From: an uncultured Solirubrobacterales bacterium
GTDB taxonomy: Bacteria > Actinomycetota > Thermoleophilia > Solirubrobacterales > Solirubrobacteraceae
Assembly (NCBI GenBank): GCA_963754375.1
Contig: CAVWFX010000012.1
Coordinates: 7,630 to 71,629, forward strand
Direction: 5' to 3'
Length of the DNA stretch: 64,000 nucleotides
Shown here: piece after piece, positions 28,345-42,531 of the stretch
How positions within the stretch are numbered: the first letter of the stretch is position 1
Layout: each line of letters starts with the position of its first letter
Position numbers and translations under genes: made by a program
The notes under the pieces: generated by a model
Databases searched by the model: none
What the model saw: the letters and a program-made list of their open reading frames with translations, nothing else
Told to the model about the DNA's origin: nothing

Positions 28345-29497
28345 TCAGCCCTTGCGAAGTTCCCGCGCGATAACCATCCGCTGGATCTGGTTGGTGCCCT
28401 CGAAGATCTGCGGCACCTTCGCCTCGCGCATGTACCGCTCGACCGGGAAGTCGCGGGTGTAGCCGTAGCCGCCCAGCACTTGGACCGCGTCGGTCGTCAC
28501 CCGCATCGCCATGTCGGTCGCCACCAGCTTGGCGATCGAGGCCTGGCGGCGGAACTCCATGCCCCGGTCCCGTCGGCGGGCGGCGTCCAGGTAGGTCGCG
28601 CGGGCGGACTCCACCCCGGCCGCCATGTCGGCGAGCAGGAACTCCAGGCCCTGGAAGTCGATGATCGGCTTGCCGAACTGGGTGCGCTGCATCGCCCAGG
28701 CGACCGCCTCGTCCAGCGCCGCCTGGGCGAGGCCGACGGCGCAGGCGGCGATGCCGAGCCGCCCGGAGTTGAGCGCGTCGAGGGCGAACTTGAGCCCGTC
28801 GCCCTCGGCCCCGATCCGGCGGCGCACCGGCACGCGCGCCTGGTCGAGCAGAATCTGCGCGGTCGGCGAGCCGGTCAGGCCCATCTTGTGCTCGGGGGCG
28901 GCCGGCGGTCAGGCCGGGGGTCGACGCGTCGGCCAGCAGGCAGCTGACGCCCCGGCTCCGGTCGTCGCTGGTGCGGACCATGAGCGTGTAGAAGTCGGCC
29001 TGCCCGGCGTGGGTGATCCAGGCCTTCGTGCCGCTGACCAGGTAGTCGTCGCCGTCCAAGGTCGCGCGGGCGGACAGCGCGGCCGCGTCAGAGCCGGCCT
29101 GCGCCTCCGACAGCGCGTACGCGCCGAGCTGGCTCCCTTCGAGCATCTCCGGCAGCAACTCGCCGCGCTGCTCGTCGGTGCCGAAGGTGGCCAGCGGGTA
29201 GCACGACATCGTGTGCACCGAGAGCCCCACCCCGACCGTCATCCAGGCCGCCGCGATCTCCTCGAGCACCTGCAGGTACACCTCGTAGCTGACGGCGCTG
29301 CCGCCCCACTTCTCCGGGTAGGGCAGGCCGAGCAGCCCGCTCCGGCCGAGCAGCCGGAACTGCTCGCGCGGGAACCGGCTCGCCGCCTCGTACTCGCTCG
29401 CGATCGGCTTGAGCTCGCTGGCGGCGATCTCGCGGACGAGGTTCAGCAGGTCCTCGGCGTCCGAGTCGGGGAGCACTCTCTCTACCGGCATGTCCAC
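28345..29497 (-). CDS. Acyl-CoA dehydrogenase (one frameshift near 28890)
   Basis: [21 protein letters not shown], then [28 protein letters not shown] in the adjacent frame. Confidence 0.92.
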
Positions 29498-29526
29498 TCC
29501 AGCCTTTCCTGGTCCTACAGGTACGT

Positions 29527-29632
29527 TAGCGCCAGGCGAAAACCGGCTGGTTCACCTGGGGTGCGGCCCTGGTGGGCGTCGCAGGCCCTCGGGCGGGTTC
29601 CGCAAGGACTAGCGCCAGGCGAAAACCGGCTG
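29527..29632. repeat. 23-bp direct repeat of the Nudix gene 3' end
   Basis: tagcgccaggcgaaaaccggctg at 29527-29549 and 29610-29632. Confidence 0.85.
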
Positions 29633-30193
29633 CTCCAGGTGCGCGACCCGCGTCCCGCGGCCGTGCAAGGCCACCTCGCGGAACTGGTAGAGCACGGCGG
29701 CGGTGGGGGCGTGCACGAAGTGACCCACCAGCGGCAGCTGGATGACCGGGCGGTCGGACTCGGGGATGGCGATGAACCGGGGCGTCACGTCCAGGCTGGT
29801 CAGCGGGATCTGGTACAGCTCGGCAACCTCGTCGGGGTTGGCCTCCAGCTGCCGCCCCGCGCTCAGCCAGACCACGACCGGCGTGATGACGTAGCCCGAC
29901 CTGGTCGGGTAGTCATCGAGCACGCCCAGGCAGTCCTCGCGGTCGGCGCTGGCGCCGACCTCCTCGCGCAGCTCGCGCAGGGCCGCGTCAACCGCGTCCT
30001 CGCCCGGGTCGAGGCGGCCGCCCGGCAGCGCGAACTGCCCGGCGTGCGCGCGCAGCTTCGACGCGCGCCTGGTGAGGAGGAAGCCGTCGTCGGAGACGGC
30101 GATGGCGACCGCCGCCGCCCGCCGCCCGTCAAGCGGGACGGCGATCCGGTCGAACCGCCGCAGGGCCTCGGTCATGCCCGCCCGATCGTTCAT
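29609..30193 (-). CDS. CoA pyrophosphatase (Nudix hydrolase)
   Basis: LTRRASKLRAHAGQFALPGG, AALRELREEVG, NPDEVA. Confidence 0.9.
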   Translation of the reverse strand: MNDRAGMTEALRRFDRIAVPLDGRRAAAVAIAVSDDGFLLTRRASKLRAHAGQFALPGGRLDPGEDAVDAALRELREEVGASADREDCLGVLDDYPTRSGYVITPVVVWLSAGRQLEANPDEVAELYQIPLTSLDVTPRFIAIPESDRPVIQLPLVGHFVHAPTAAVLYQFREVALHGRGTRVAHLEQPVFAWR

Positions 30194-30342
30194 TCAGCGC
30201 CTTACGTCCAGGAAAGCCCCGAGAAAACACAGTTCAAAATCGTTTTGCCCGAACGGACCGTTGCTCCGCCTGATAGGCCAGTGGCTTGCCGTCCGGAGTC
30301 ACCTCGGTCCGTTCGAAAATCATGGGTTTGTGAGTTGGGTTT

Positions 30343-31035
30343 TTAAGTAGAGCCCGACGGGACGTTATCGGCGAGGCGCCGGAGGGCCGGCAGCAGCGCC
30401 TCGATGTCCTGGCCGGTGCGGAAGGCGACGATCGTGGTCCCGTCGGCGCCGACGGCGGGACTTCCGCCGGCCGTCGTGAAGAGCTCGATGACCTGGCGAA
30501 GGGCCACGTCAACCTCGGCCACCGGGTCCGGGCTCTCGCCGCGGAGCCAGCGCCGGAGCACGTGGTTGTGGGCGGCGACCACCGCCGCCGCCATCAGCTC
30601 GGCCCGCAGCGGGGCCGGCTCGGCCGGGTCACCCATCCAGTCGGCGATGAACTCGCGGAACAGCCGCTGGTAGCGCGCCACGCTGGCGATCTCGCGGTCG
30701 CGGAGAGCGGGCACCCCGCTGGTGAGCGCGTACCGGCGGCGGGCGAGGTCGCCCTCCTCGACGTAGTGCTTGAGCACCAGGCGGACCGCGTCCGAGACCG
30801 CGAGCAGGGCGGTGCCGTCGCTCGAGGTCCGCAGCCGCTCGCCGATCTGCGCCAGCAGCAGGTCGTGATCGGGGAAGATGACGTCTTCCTTGGACCGGTA
30901 GTGCCGGAAGAACGTGGTCCGGCCAAGGCCGGCCCGCTCGGTGATGTCGTCGATGCTGGTCTGCTCGTACCCGCGCTCGGCGAACAGGGCGAACGCGGCC
31001 TCGGCGAGCCGGTCACGCGCCGACTGCTTGCTCAC
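30343..31035 (-). CDS. TetR family transcriptional regulator
   Basis: LFAERGYEQTSIDDITERAGLGRTTFFRHYRSKED. Confidence 0.92.
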   Translation of the reverse strand: MSKQSARDRLAEAAFALFAERGYEQTSIDDITERAGLGRTTFFRHYRSKEDVIFPDHDLLLAQIGERLRTSSDGTALLAVSDAVRLVLKHYVEEGDLARRRYALTSGVPALRDREIASVARYQRLFREFIADWMGDPAEPAPLRAELMAAAVVAAHNHVLRRWLRGESPDPVAEVDVALRQVIELFTTAGGSPAVGADGTTIVAFRTGQDIEALLPALRRLADNVPSGST

Positions 31036-31060
31036 TAGCTCTCACCCGCCCGCGCTCAAA

Positions 31061-31094
31061 GGAACTTAGTTCCATCATATAGATACTGAGTATC
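31061..31094. promoter_or_regulatory. Two related palindromes, probable TetR operators
   Basis: ggaacttagttcc (31061-31073) and gatactgagtatc (31082-31094) in the TetR/LLM divergent promoter. Confidence 0.6.
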
Positions 31095-31145
31095 GATTGT
31101 GATGCCCTGGGAACAGGCGGTTTGGGGCGCGGGTTGCGAGCTAGC

Positions 31146-31949
31146 GTGGCGATCAAGATAGGCGTGATTCTGCCGGCCTCCACCCCCGATCCGGCGCACC
31201 CGATCATCGGCGATATCCGGGCCAGCGCGCGGTTCGCGGAGCAGGCCGGGCTCGACTCGGTGTGGACGACGGACCACCTGGTGGCGAGCGCCCCCATGCT
31301 CGACAGCTCGGTGGTGCTGGCCACCGCGGCGGCGGTGACCGAGCGGATCACGATCGGCTATGGCGTGATGCTGCTCGCGCTTCGGACCCCGGCCTGGGCG
31401 GCGAAGCAGATCAGCTCCCTGCAGCACGTCTCCGGCAACCGGGTCGCGCTCGGCGTGGGCACCGGTAACCCGGTGCACGGGGACATCGGCTGGCGCGCGG
31501 CCGGGATGTCCTTCGCCGACCGCGGCCGCCGGACCGACGAGTCCCTGCGGGCGCTTCCGGCGCTGGTCACGGGGCAGCCCGCCGTGCTCGGGGACGGGCT
31601 CGAGGTCACCCTCTCCCCCGGCTCGGTCATGCCGCCAGTGCTGATCGCGGGCGACGGCGAGCGGGCGATGCGGCGGGCCGCCGCCTTCGGGGACGGGTGG
31701 ATCTCCATCGGGCTGCGGCCGGAGGAGGTGGCCTCGCGCTTGTCGGCGCTGGGCGAGGTCGCGGCCGGGTACGGGCGTCCGGTGCCGCGGCTGACCGTCG
31801 TCGGGCCGGTGCTCGATGCCGACCCGGGTAAGTCGGCCGCCCAACTCGCCGCCTACGCCAAGGCCGGCGCCGAGCGGGTGATCCTCATCCCGTCCGGGGA
31901 CTGGCGGCGGGACTACGAGCACGCGGCGGAGTTGCTCGCTTTGCAGTGA
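31146..31949 (+). CDS. LLM class flavin-dependent oxidoreductase
   Basis: AEQAGLDSVWTTDHL, AAVTERITIG, SGNRVALGVG, RRAAAFGDGW. Confidence 0.88.
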   Translation: MAIKIGVILPASTPDPAHPIIGDIRASARFAEQAGLDSVWTTDHLVASAPMLDSSVVLATAAAVTERITIGYGVMLLALRTPAWAAKQISSLQHVSGNRVALGVGTGNPVHGDIGWRAAGMSFADRGRRTDESLRALPALVTGQPAVLGDGLEVTLSPGSVMPPVLIAGDGERAMRRAAAFGDGWISIGLRPEEVASRLSALGEVAAGYGRPVPRLTVVGPVLDADPGKSAAQLAAYAKAGAERVILIPSGDWRRDYEHAAELLALQ

Positions 31950-31997
31950 GCCGGTCGGCCATGGCCCTCGGTGTTCTTGGGGCTACGCTGTGGAGCC

Positions 31998-32429
31998 ATG
32001 GCGGACTGGATCTTCGAGGGCAACCCGCGGCACTACGACTTGGAGGCGGCCGTTGCGTCGTCTAGGTCGCAGTGGTGGGGGACGCCGCACTTCCGGGACC
32101 AGATGGCGATCGGGGACCGGGTGTGGCTGCAGGTCGTGGGGCCTAAGGACCCTGGCATTTACTACGTGGCGACGATTATTTCGCCTACTTATGAGCATGC
32201 GGTGGAGGCTTCTGAGGCGCCGGAGGCGCGGCATTTCCGGTGGCGGACGGACATTCGGTTTGACTGCCGGGTGCAGCCACCGTTGCTTCGGTCGGAGTTG
32301 GAAGCGGATGCGGTGCTGGGATCGTTTCGGCCGTTCCGGGGTTTTGAGGGGTCGAACGTGCCGGTGCCGAAGGAGATCGCCTCGGCTCTGGCGGAGCGGG
32401 TGGCGTCGCGGCTGGAGCCGCTCGGCTGA
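31998..32429 (+). CDS. EVE domain-containing protein
   Basis: WIFEGNPRHYDL...QMAIGDRVWL...GIYYVATI...PPLLRSEL pattern. Confidence 0.65.
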   Translation: MADWIFEGNPRHYDLEAAVASSRSQWWGTPHFRDQMAIGDRVWLQVVGPKDPGIYYVATIISPTYEHAVEASEAPEARHFRWRTDIRFDCRVQPPLLRSELEADAVLGSFRPFRGFEGSNVPVPKEIASALAERVASRLEPLG

Positions 32430-32485
32430 CGGCCGTCACCAGGGAGCGGACTCGTCCGGGCTAAGCGCCCAGAGCGGGCGATTTC

Positions 32486-33058
32486 TCAGCACAGGCGCGC
32501 GTGCGCGTGCACATCGCAGCGGCCGTCGGCCAGGAGCCAGGCGCTGCGGCGCACGCCCTCGGCGGCGAAGCCGGTCTTCTCGGCCACCCGGCACGACGCG
32601 GTGTTGGCAACCGCGTGTTCGAGGTCGAGCCGGTGGAAGCCGGCCTCGAACGCCCAGGACGCCATCGCGTTAACCGCCCGGGGAGCCACGCCCCTTCCCC
32701 GGGCGGCGGGGACGGTCCAGTAGGCGACGTCGGCGGTGCCGTCGGCGAACTTCAGGTGCTTCAGGCCGGCCCGACCGAGCAGCGTGCCGCTATCCGCGTC
32801 GACCACCGCCCAGATTGCGTTGGTCTCTGCCGCCCAGCCGCCCTGCCAGCCCGCAATCCACTCCCGCGTCTCGGCCAGGGAGTCCGCCCGCATCACGTGC
32901 CAGCGCTGGATCGCCTCATCCTGGTAGGCGTCCATCACCGCCGGGGCGTCGTCAAGACTCCACCGTCGCAGTAGCACGCCGCCGCCTGCCGTCAACGTGG
33001 GCTGGGGCTGCGCCGCGAGGGAACCGGTCGGAACGGTGGTGCTGACGAGAATAGGCAT
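32486..33058 (-). CDS. GNAT family N-acetyltransferase (RimJ/RimL-like)
   Basis: VAYWTVPAARGRGVA, HRLDLEHAVANTASCRVAEKTGF. Confidence 0.88.
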   Translation of the reverse strand: MPILVSTTVPTGSLAAQPQPTLTAGGGVLLRRWSLDDAPAVMDAYQDEAIQRWHVMRADSLAETREWIAGWQGGWAAETNAIWAVVDADSGTLLGRAGLKHLKFADGTADVAYWTVPAARGRGVAPRAVNAMASWAFEAGFHRLDLEHAVANTASCRVAEKTGFAAEGVRRSAWLLADGRCDVHAHARLC

Positions 33059-33157
33059 GCCTGGATTATTCACGACCGTCGGTTTCGAGGTGAGATCGGC
33101 GTGCGCCGAGCGTCGGGCTCGCAGTTGCGCGGCCGCCACGCCCGGGCGCCCGGGAAA

Positions 33158-33597
33158 GCGGGAGCTCAGCGACCCGCAGACGATGCGGGCGCTGACTCAC
33201 CCGGTGCGCCTAGCGCTGCTTGAGGCGCTGAACCTGGAGGGGCAGCTCACCGCCACCCAGGCCGGCGAGCTGATCGGGGAGCCGCCCAACACCTGCTCGT
33301 TCCACTTCCGGCAGCTGGCCAAGTATGGGTTCGTCGAGGAGGCGGGCCCCGCGCCGGGCCGGTCACGGCCGTGGCGGCTGACGGCGTCCCGGATGCACTA
33401 CTCCGACCTGCATGAGGACGCGGACACGGCGGCGGCGGCGCGAGAGCTGGACCGGATGCTCCGGGAGCGGTACCTGGACCGGCTGGCCCCGCAACATCGA
33501 CCTGTCGAGGCGGCCGGCGGAATCGCTCCCGGTGGAGGTTCTGCTGTTCGCCTATCCTGTCCGGCTCCACAATGCCATCAACAAGGCCCGCGGATGA
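33158..33597 (+). pseudogene. ArsR-like winged-helix regulator, C-terminally disrupted
   Basis: DPQTMRALTHPVRLALL...TCSFHFRQLAKYGFV; the tail RRPAESLPVEVLLFAYP is in another frame. Confidence 0.65.
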
Positions 33598-33618
33598 CGG
33601 TCCCAGGTCGTGCTGGCG

Positions 33619-34931
33619 CTAGCTCTCCGTCGGCTGCGGGTCGCGCGGGCGCACGGTTCCGTCCGCCATAATGTCGCCGTCGGGGCAGCGCCACTGGACT
33701 CGCCCGCCTTCGAACTGCTCCGTGTACAGCGATGCGTAGAGCCCGCCCTCGCGTAGCAGATCGCGGTGCGAGCCGGATTCGGCGACCCGGCCGCCGTCGA
33801 TGACGAAGATGCTGTCGGCGTTGACGATGGTGGACAGCCGGTGAGCGATGGCGATGGTCGTCCGCGACCCCATCAGCGCGTCCAGCGCTTTCTGGACCTC
33901 GCGCTCGCTGGCGGTGTCCAGGGCCGAGGTCGCCTCGTCCAGGATCAGGATGCGCGGGTCGTGGAGCAGGACGCGGGCGATGGCCAGGCGCTGCTTCTCG
34001 CCGCCGGACAGCCGGTACCCGCGCTCGCCGACGATGGTGTCGTAGCCATCGGCGAATTCTATGATCCGGTCGTGGATGTACGCCGCCCGCGCCGCCTCTT
34101 CCACTTCTTCCTGCGAGGCGCTCGGACGCCCGTAGCGGATGTTGGCCAGGATGGTGTCGTGGAACAGGTAACTCTCCTGGGTCACGAAACCGATGGCGGC
34201 GGCCAGCGAGGCCTGACGGGCGTGCCGTACATCGACGCCGTCAACCTCGACCGACCCGGCGGTGACGTCGTACAGGCGCGGGATCAGGTAGCTGATGGTG
34301 GTCTTGCCGGCGCCGCTCGGCCCGACTAGGGCCACCAGGTGGCCGGGACCCGCGCCGAGGCTGACGCCCGATAGAGCGTCGGTCGGGACACCGGGGTAGC
34401 GGAAATAGACGTCCCGCAGGGCGACCTGGCCGCCGGCCTCGGTCGCTGGGAGGTCAACGGCGTCGGGGGCGTCAACGATGTCGGGCACCACGTCGAGGTA
34501 CTCGAAGACCCGGTCGAACAGGGCCAGCGACGACCGCAGCTCGACCGAGACCTGCAGCAGCTGCCCGATCGGGAAGTACAGGCGCGTCTGGAGCGTGGTG
34601 AAGGCCACGATGGTTCCGGCCGAGACCGCGTGATGGTTCGCGATGAGCAGGCCCGCGGTGAGATAGATCAGGGCCGGGGTGATCGACAGGAACGACTGCA
34701 CGACGGCGTAGAAACCCTGGCCGATCATCTGCTGGCGGACCTCAAGGCCGACCAGGCGCTGGTTCTCCTGCTGGTACCGGCCGATGTCGCGGGTCTGGTT
34801 GCCGAACACCTTGGCCAGCAGCACGCCGGAGACCGAGAGGGTTTCCTCGGTGATCGCGCTCATCGCCGCCAGCGACTCCTGGGTCGACCGCGACACCTGG
34901 CGGCGGCGATCGCCGACCGTCTTGGTCAGCC

Positions 34932-34932
<1 letters not shown>
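33619..34932 (-). CDS. ABC transporter permease/ATP-binding protein, 5'-truncated at the junction
   Basis: [26 protein letters not shown]; the TM domain starts mid-protein ([15 protein letters not shown]). Confidence 0.9.
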
Positions 34933-35540
<608 letters not shown>

Positions 35541-35646
35541 GGGCAACGCCTCGACCCTCCGGAAGGAAAGGTCGCGGCAAATTCCGATCCGCCACGAGCT
35601 TGCGACGCTTTGGGGCTGGGTCTAAGCTTTTTGTGCGAGGCAAGCA

Positions 35647-36903
<1,257 letters not shown>

Positions 36904-36926
36904 GCGCTGCTATCCTGCTCGGCCCG

Positions 36927-39461
<2,535 letters not shown>

Positions 39462-39538
39462 GCGTCTCGCTTCGCACTTGACCGACCGCCGAGCCTGCGT
39501 AAAGTGCGCCCTCCGGACCGCAAAGGCCGGCTGCCACT

Positions 39539-39612
<74 letters not shown>

Positions 39613-39851
39613 CTATTGCCGATGCGCGAAGCGCACGGCCAACGTCCGGGACTCTGCCAAGCCTGCACTCGTTCGCTGCGCTCGCACTCGCAAAGGCTCG
39701 TGCGGCTTCGCGGACTCGTGCAGGAATGGTCGAGTCCTCGGGTTGGAACCAGGGGCGCGCGAGGGGGGCGCCGCCGTGGCAGCGTGGTCCTCGGGCCCTT
39801 CGGCGCTTCGACGGGCGACAGACACTGGCTTCGTCCGCGTTAGAATGCTGC

Positions 39852-40049
39852 ATGACACGGCAGAAGGGGGGGGTGGGAATCTGCCGGCTTTGCGGCGCTC
39901 AAGGTCCCCTGGTACACAGCCACATCGTCTCGAAGGCGGCGGACCGCCGCGCCCAGAGGGGCCCGCAGCGCAGTCCACTCTTCGTAGACGATGCACCCCT
40001 GGCCTCGCCTCCGCACCGTCTGCCGCGTTGCCACGTCTGTCTGGCGTAG
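39852..40049 (+). pseudogene. Possible N-terminal fragment of a zinc-binding HNH-like protein
   Basis: GICRLCGAQGPLVHSHIVSK resembles the CxxC-x6-SHI start of HNH-type proteins; short. Confidence 0.35.
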
Positions 40050-40275
40050 GATCCGCGGAAAGAGATGGCGCCGGAGGACGACGAGGACATCGCGAAGAGC
40101 GAGGGGAGGCGTCGAGGGCGCCTGCTCCGCCTTGAGGGCCGCCCGCTCGGCCGTCTTCGACACTCGTCCCGGATGGCGCCAAGGCGCGCCTCGACCTCGC
40201 GCCCGCGGGCGGCGGGACCGTCAAGCATCGGCACGTCGGGCTCGTGGGCGCCGTTCACGGTGTCGCAGGCTCGGT

Positions 40276-40608
40276 TCATGTTCGGCCCGCTTTTCGCGAA
40301 CTTGCTCCACGGCCTTCGTGACGACGCGCTTCACGCGAGCGAGGTCCACCGTATTCTCGGCGATGCGTAGAATCGTGCGTCTGCTGGAGGTTCAGCCAGA
40401 ACTCCGGCGACGTGCCGAACGCGCGGCCGAGGCGCAGCGCCGTGTCGGGTGTGACCTCGCGCTCGCCGGCGACGATCGCGCTCACGCGGTTCGACGGGAC
40501 GTCGATGGCGTCCGCCAGCTTGCGCGCGCTCATCTCGAGCGGCTTCAGGAACTCCTCGAAGAGGATCTCCCCGGGGTGGATGGGGCGCATTCCGTTCTTG
40601 GGCTTCAT
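40276..40608 (-). CDS. higA: HigA family addiction module antitoxin
   Basis: MRPIHPGEILFEEFLKPL, RVSAIVAGEREVTPDTALRLGRAFGTSPEFWLNLQ. Confidence 0.9.
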   Translation of the reverse strand: MKPKNGMRPIHPGEILFEEFLKPLEMSARKLADAIDVPSNRVSAIVAGEREVTPDTALRLGRAFGTSPEFWLNLQQTHDSTHRREYGGPRSREARRHEGRGASSRKAGRT

Positions 40609-40631
40609 GGTCGGTCTCCAGCGATCGCGTC

Positions 40632-40910
40632 TCAATGGTAGTCGACGCACTCGACGTCGGCCGGACCCTGCGGGGTCCAGCGAAAGGTCAGCCTGTACCG
40701 GTCGTTGACGCGGATCGAGTACTGCCCCGCGCGATCGCCCGTGAGTTTTTCCAGCCGGTTATTCGGGGGCGAGCGAAGGTCCTGAAGTTGAGTCGCAGCA
40801 TTCAGCATGACGAGCTTGCGCTCCAGCACCGAGCGGATGTTGCGGAAGCGGGGACACGCCTTGCCCTCGAAGACGTCCCGCGTGTCCCGATGAGAGAAGG
40901 ACTGGATCAG
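40632..40910 (-). CDS. higB: HigB/RelE family toxin (plasmid maintenance killer type)
   Basis: IQSFSHRDT...RKLVMLNAA...DLRSPPNNRLEKLTGDRAGQYSIRVNDRYR...VDYH; the frame extends to CTG at 40910. Confidence 0.88.
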   Translation of the reverse strand: MIQSFSHRDTRDVFEGKACPRFRNIRSVLERKLVMLNAATQLQDLRSPPNNRLEKLTGDRAGQYSIRVNDRYRLTFRWTPQGPADVECVDYH

Positions 40911-40918
40911 AGGGTGAA

Positions 40919-40947
40919 AGCGTACTCGTTGATACGTGTGACGTCAA
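40919..40947 (-). promoter_or_regulatory. Sigma70-like promoter for higBA
   Basis: Minus strand TTGACG-N17-TACGCT, 8 nt before the CTG. Confidence 0.6.
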
Positions 40948-41068
40948 GCGTATCGGCCACGCTGGTCGCAGGTTCGCTGGCGCCTCTTGCGGCGTCCTCT
41001 CGGCAGACTGCGCCGGCATTCACTGGACCGCCCTCAGCTCCATGCGAGACGCTCCCTTGGAGGAGGCC

Positions 41069-41209
41069 ATGTTTCAGCTCCTCCTCGCAGTTGTCACGCA
41101 GCTCATCGCCCCGGGCGTGGGCCCCGTCGTGAGCATCATCGCGGACGGTGACAGCTTCTACTGGACCGACCGCGGCTCGGGGGCGATCGGGAAGCTTCGG
41201 CTGCCCTGA
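41069..41209 (+). CDS. 46-aa small protein with a single YWTD motif
   Basis: GGAGGAGG RBS then MFQLLLAVVTQLIAPGVGPVVSIIADGDSFYWTDRGSGAIGKLRLP*. Confidence 0.5.
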   Translation: MFQLLLAVVTQLIAPGVGPVVSIIADGDSFYWTDRGSGAIGKLRLP

Positions 41210-41513
41210 CTGGCGTGCGAGGGCCGAGTTGCCGGCACACTTTCTCGGCCCCACGCCCCTGCCGCTTCCCTGGGAGGTAGCCGACTCCGACGCGGAGCTG
41301 TGGACGCTCGTCGAACGTGCGCTGCTAGCCGCTCCGGCGGACGGCTACGTCCTCGTGGTTCACGCGCCGGCGAAGCTCGCGATGGCCTGGTCGGACAAGC
41401 CCATCCCTCCCATCAATCGGGCGCTGCTCTCGACCATCGGACCGCCCTTCAAGACCGTTCCCTCGCAGGCCGTGAACGACGGCCCGTCGCCCGCGTGGTG
41501 GCGCGAGGGCTGA
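41148..41513 (+). CDS. Hypothetical protein
   Basis: Open frame with plausible composition in its C-terminal part; start uncertain. Confidence 0.35.
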   Translation: MTASTGPTAARGRSGSFGCPDWRARAELPAHFLGPTPLPLPWEVADSDAELWTLVERALLAAPADGYVLVVHAPAKLAMAWSDKPIPPINRALLSTIGPPFKTVPSQAVNDGPSPAWWREG

Positions 41514-41629
41514 CGCTCGCTTCGCATCCACCTGGGATGACGCCGTCTCCGGAGCCCGCGAGCGGTGTCGCGCCGCCAAAGAAGCGCACGATGTAACTTT
41601 TGGCTGACGAAGGGCCACGCGTGTGGGAC

Positions 41630-42521
41630 CATGTCGTCGCCGACCGGTGGAGGTACCATGACGCGTCGAGTCTCGAAGTTGGCGAATCCCCGGAACAATC
41701 GACCCGTGCCCATGCACGTCGCACGACGCCCGTCGCCGGCCGTTCCCGGCAAGCGCTCGTCGGACAGCGGAATCACCACCGTCATGGAGATCCGACGAGG
41801 CTGTTCCGCCCTCGACGAGATGAGCGGCACGATCGAGCCGTCTTTCGAGGTCCCGACGCGACCGCTTCTCCCGCGGGTCGAGCCCGCGTCGGCGGTGCAG
41901 GCGTGCGCGCGGCTGACCTCGCCCATCGCCCCGCCTGGCTTTGCGCCCATCCAGGTGAACCGCTTGCCCGCGGTGGTGGTCACCCAGCCGACCCCGCCGG
42001 CGGCGTTCGAGCGTCCGGTGCTGCCGCCCATCCCCTCTCGCGTCACGGACGTGCTGGGGCTTGCGCTGGCCTGGGTGGCAACGGCGGGCGCCGCCGCGGT
42101 CATCGGCGGTTACATGATTGCGCGTTCCCAGCCACCCTTGATCCTGCGCGCTCCGTTCGCTGCGGCGGCCATCGCGGCGCCGGCGGCGTTTCCGTCCGGC
42201 CCTTCTTGCCCGAGGTCCTGGCCGCCCCTCGTTGCGGTCAACGACCTTCCCAGCGCGCCTCCGCCCACCGCACCGCACGCGGCACTCGTCACCACGAGTG
42301 CGCGGGTGTCTCCGGTCACGGAACAGGCCGACGTGCGGCCCCCCCCGCCGAAGGCATGGGCGTCGTGGAAGCGAGGCCCGACCCCGGGGATGAATGCATC
42401 CGCGTCCACCAAGCGACGCGCTCACTCTTCGGAGCTTTCGAGGCCGAGCGCCGCGACGAAGGGCAAGACGGCCCCCAAGTCACTCGCCGACTGGATGCAC
42501 GCGGAGGTCGATTCGAAGTGA
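41630..42521 (+). CDS. Hypothetical Pro-rich single-pass membrane protein (myxobacterial type)
   Basis: Low-complexity Pro/Ala sequence with one TM segment (VLGLALAWVATAGAAAVIGGYMI). Confidence 0.55.
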
Positions 42522-42531
42522 AGGGGGGGCT

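Larger units (their letters stand above)
8163..28383. mobile_element. Decayed integrative genomic island inserted in the 3' end of an acyl-CoA dehydrogenase gene
   Basis: Flanking direct repeats; internal integrase, excisionase, ISL3, resolvase and tRNA relics; accessory cargo. Confidence 0.75.
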
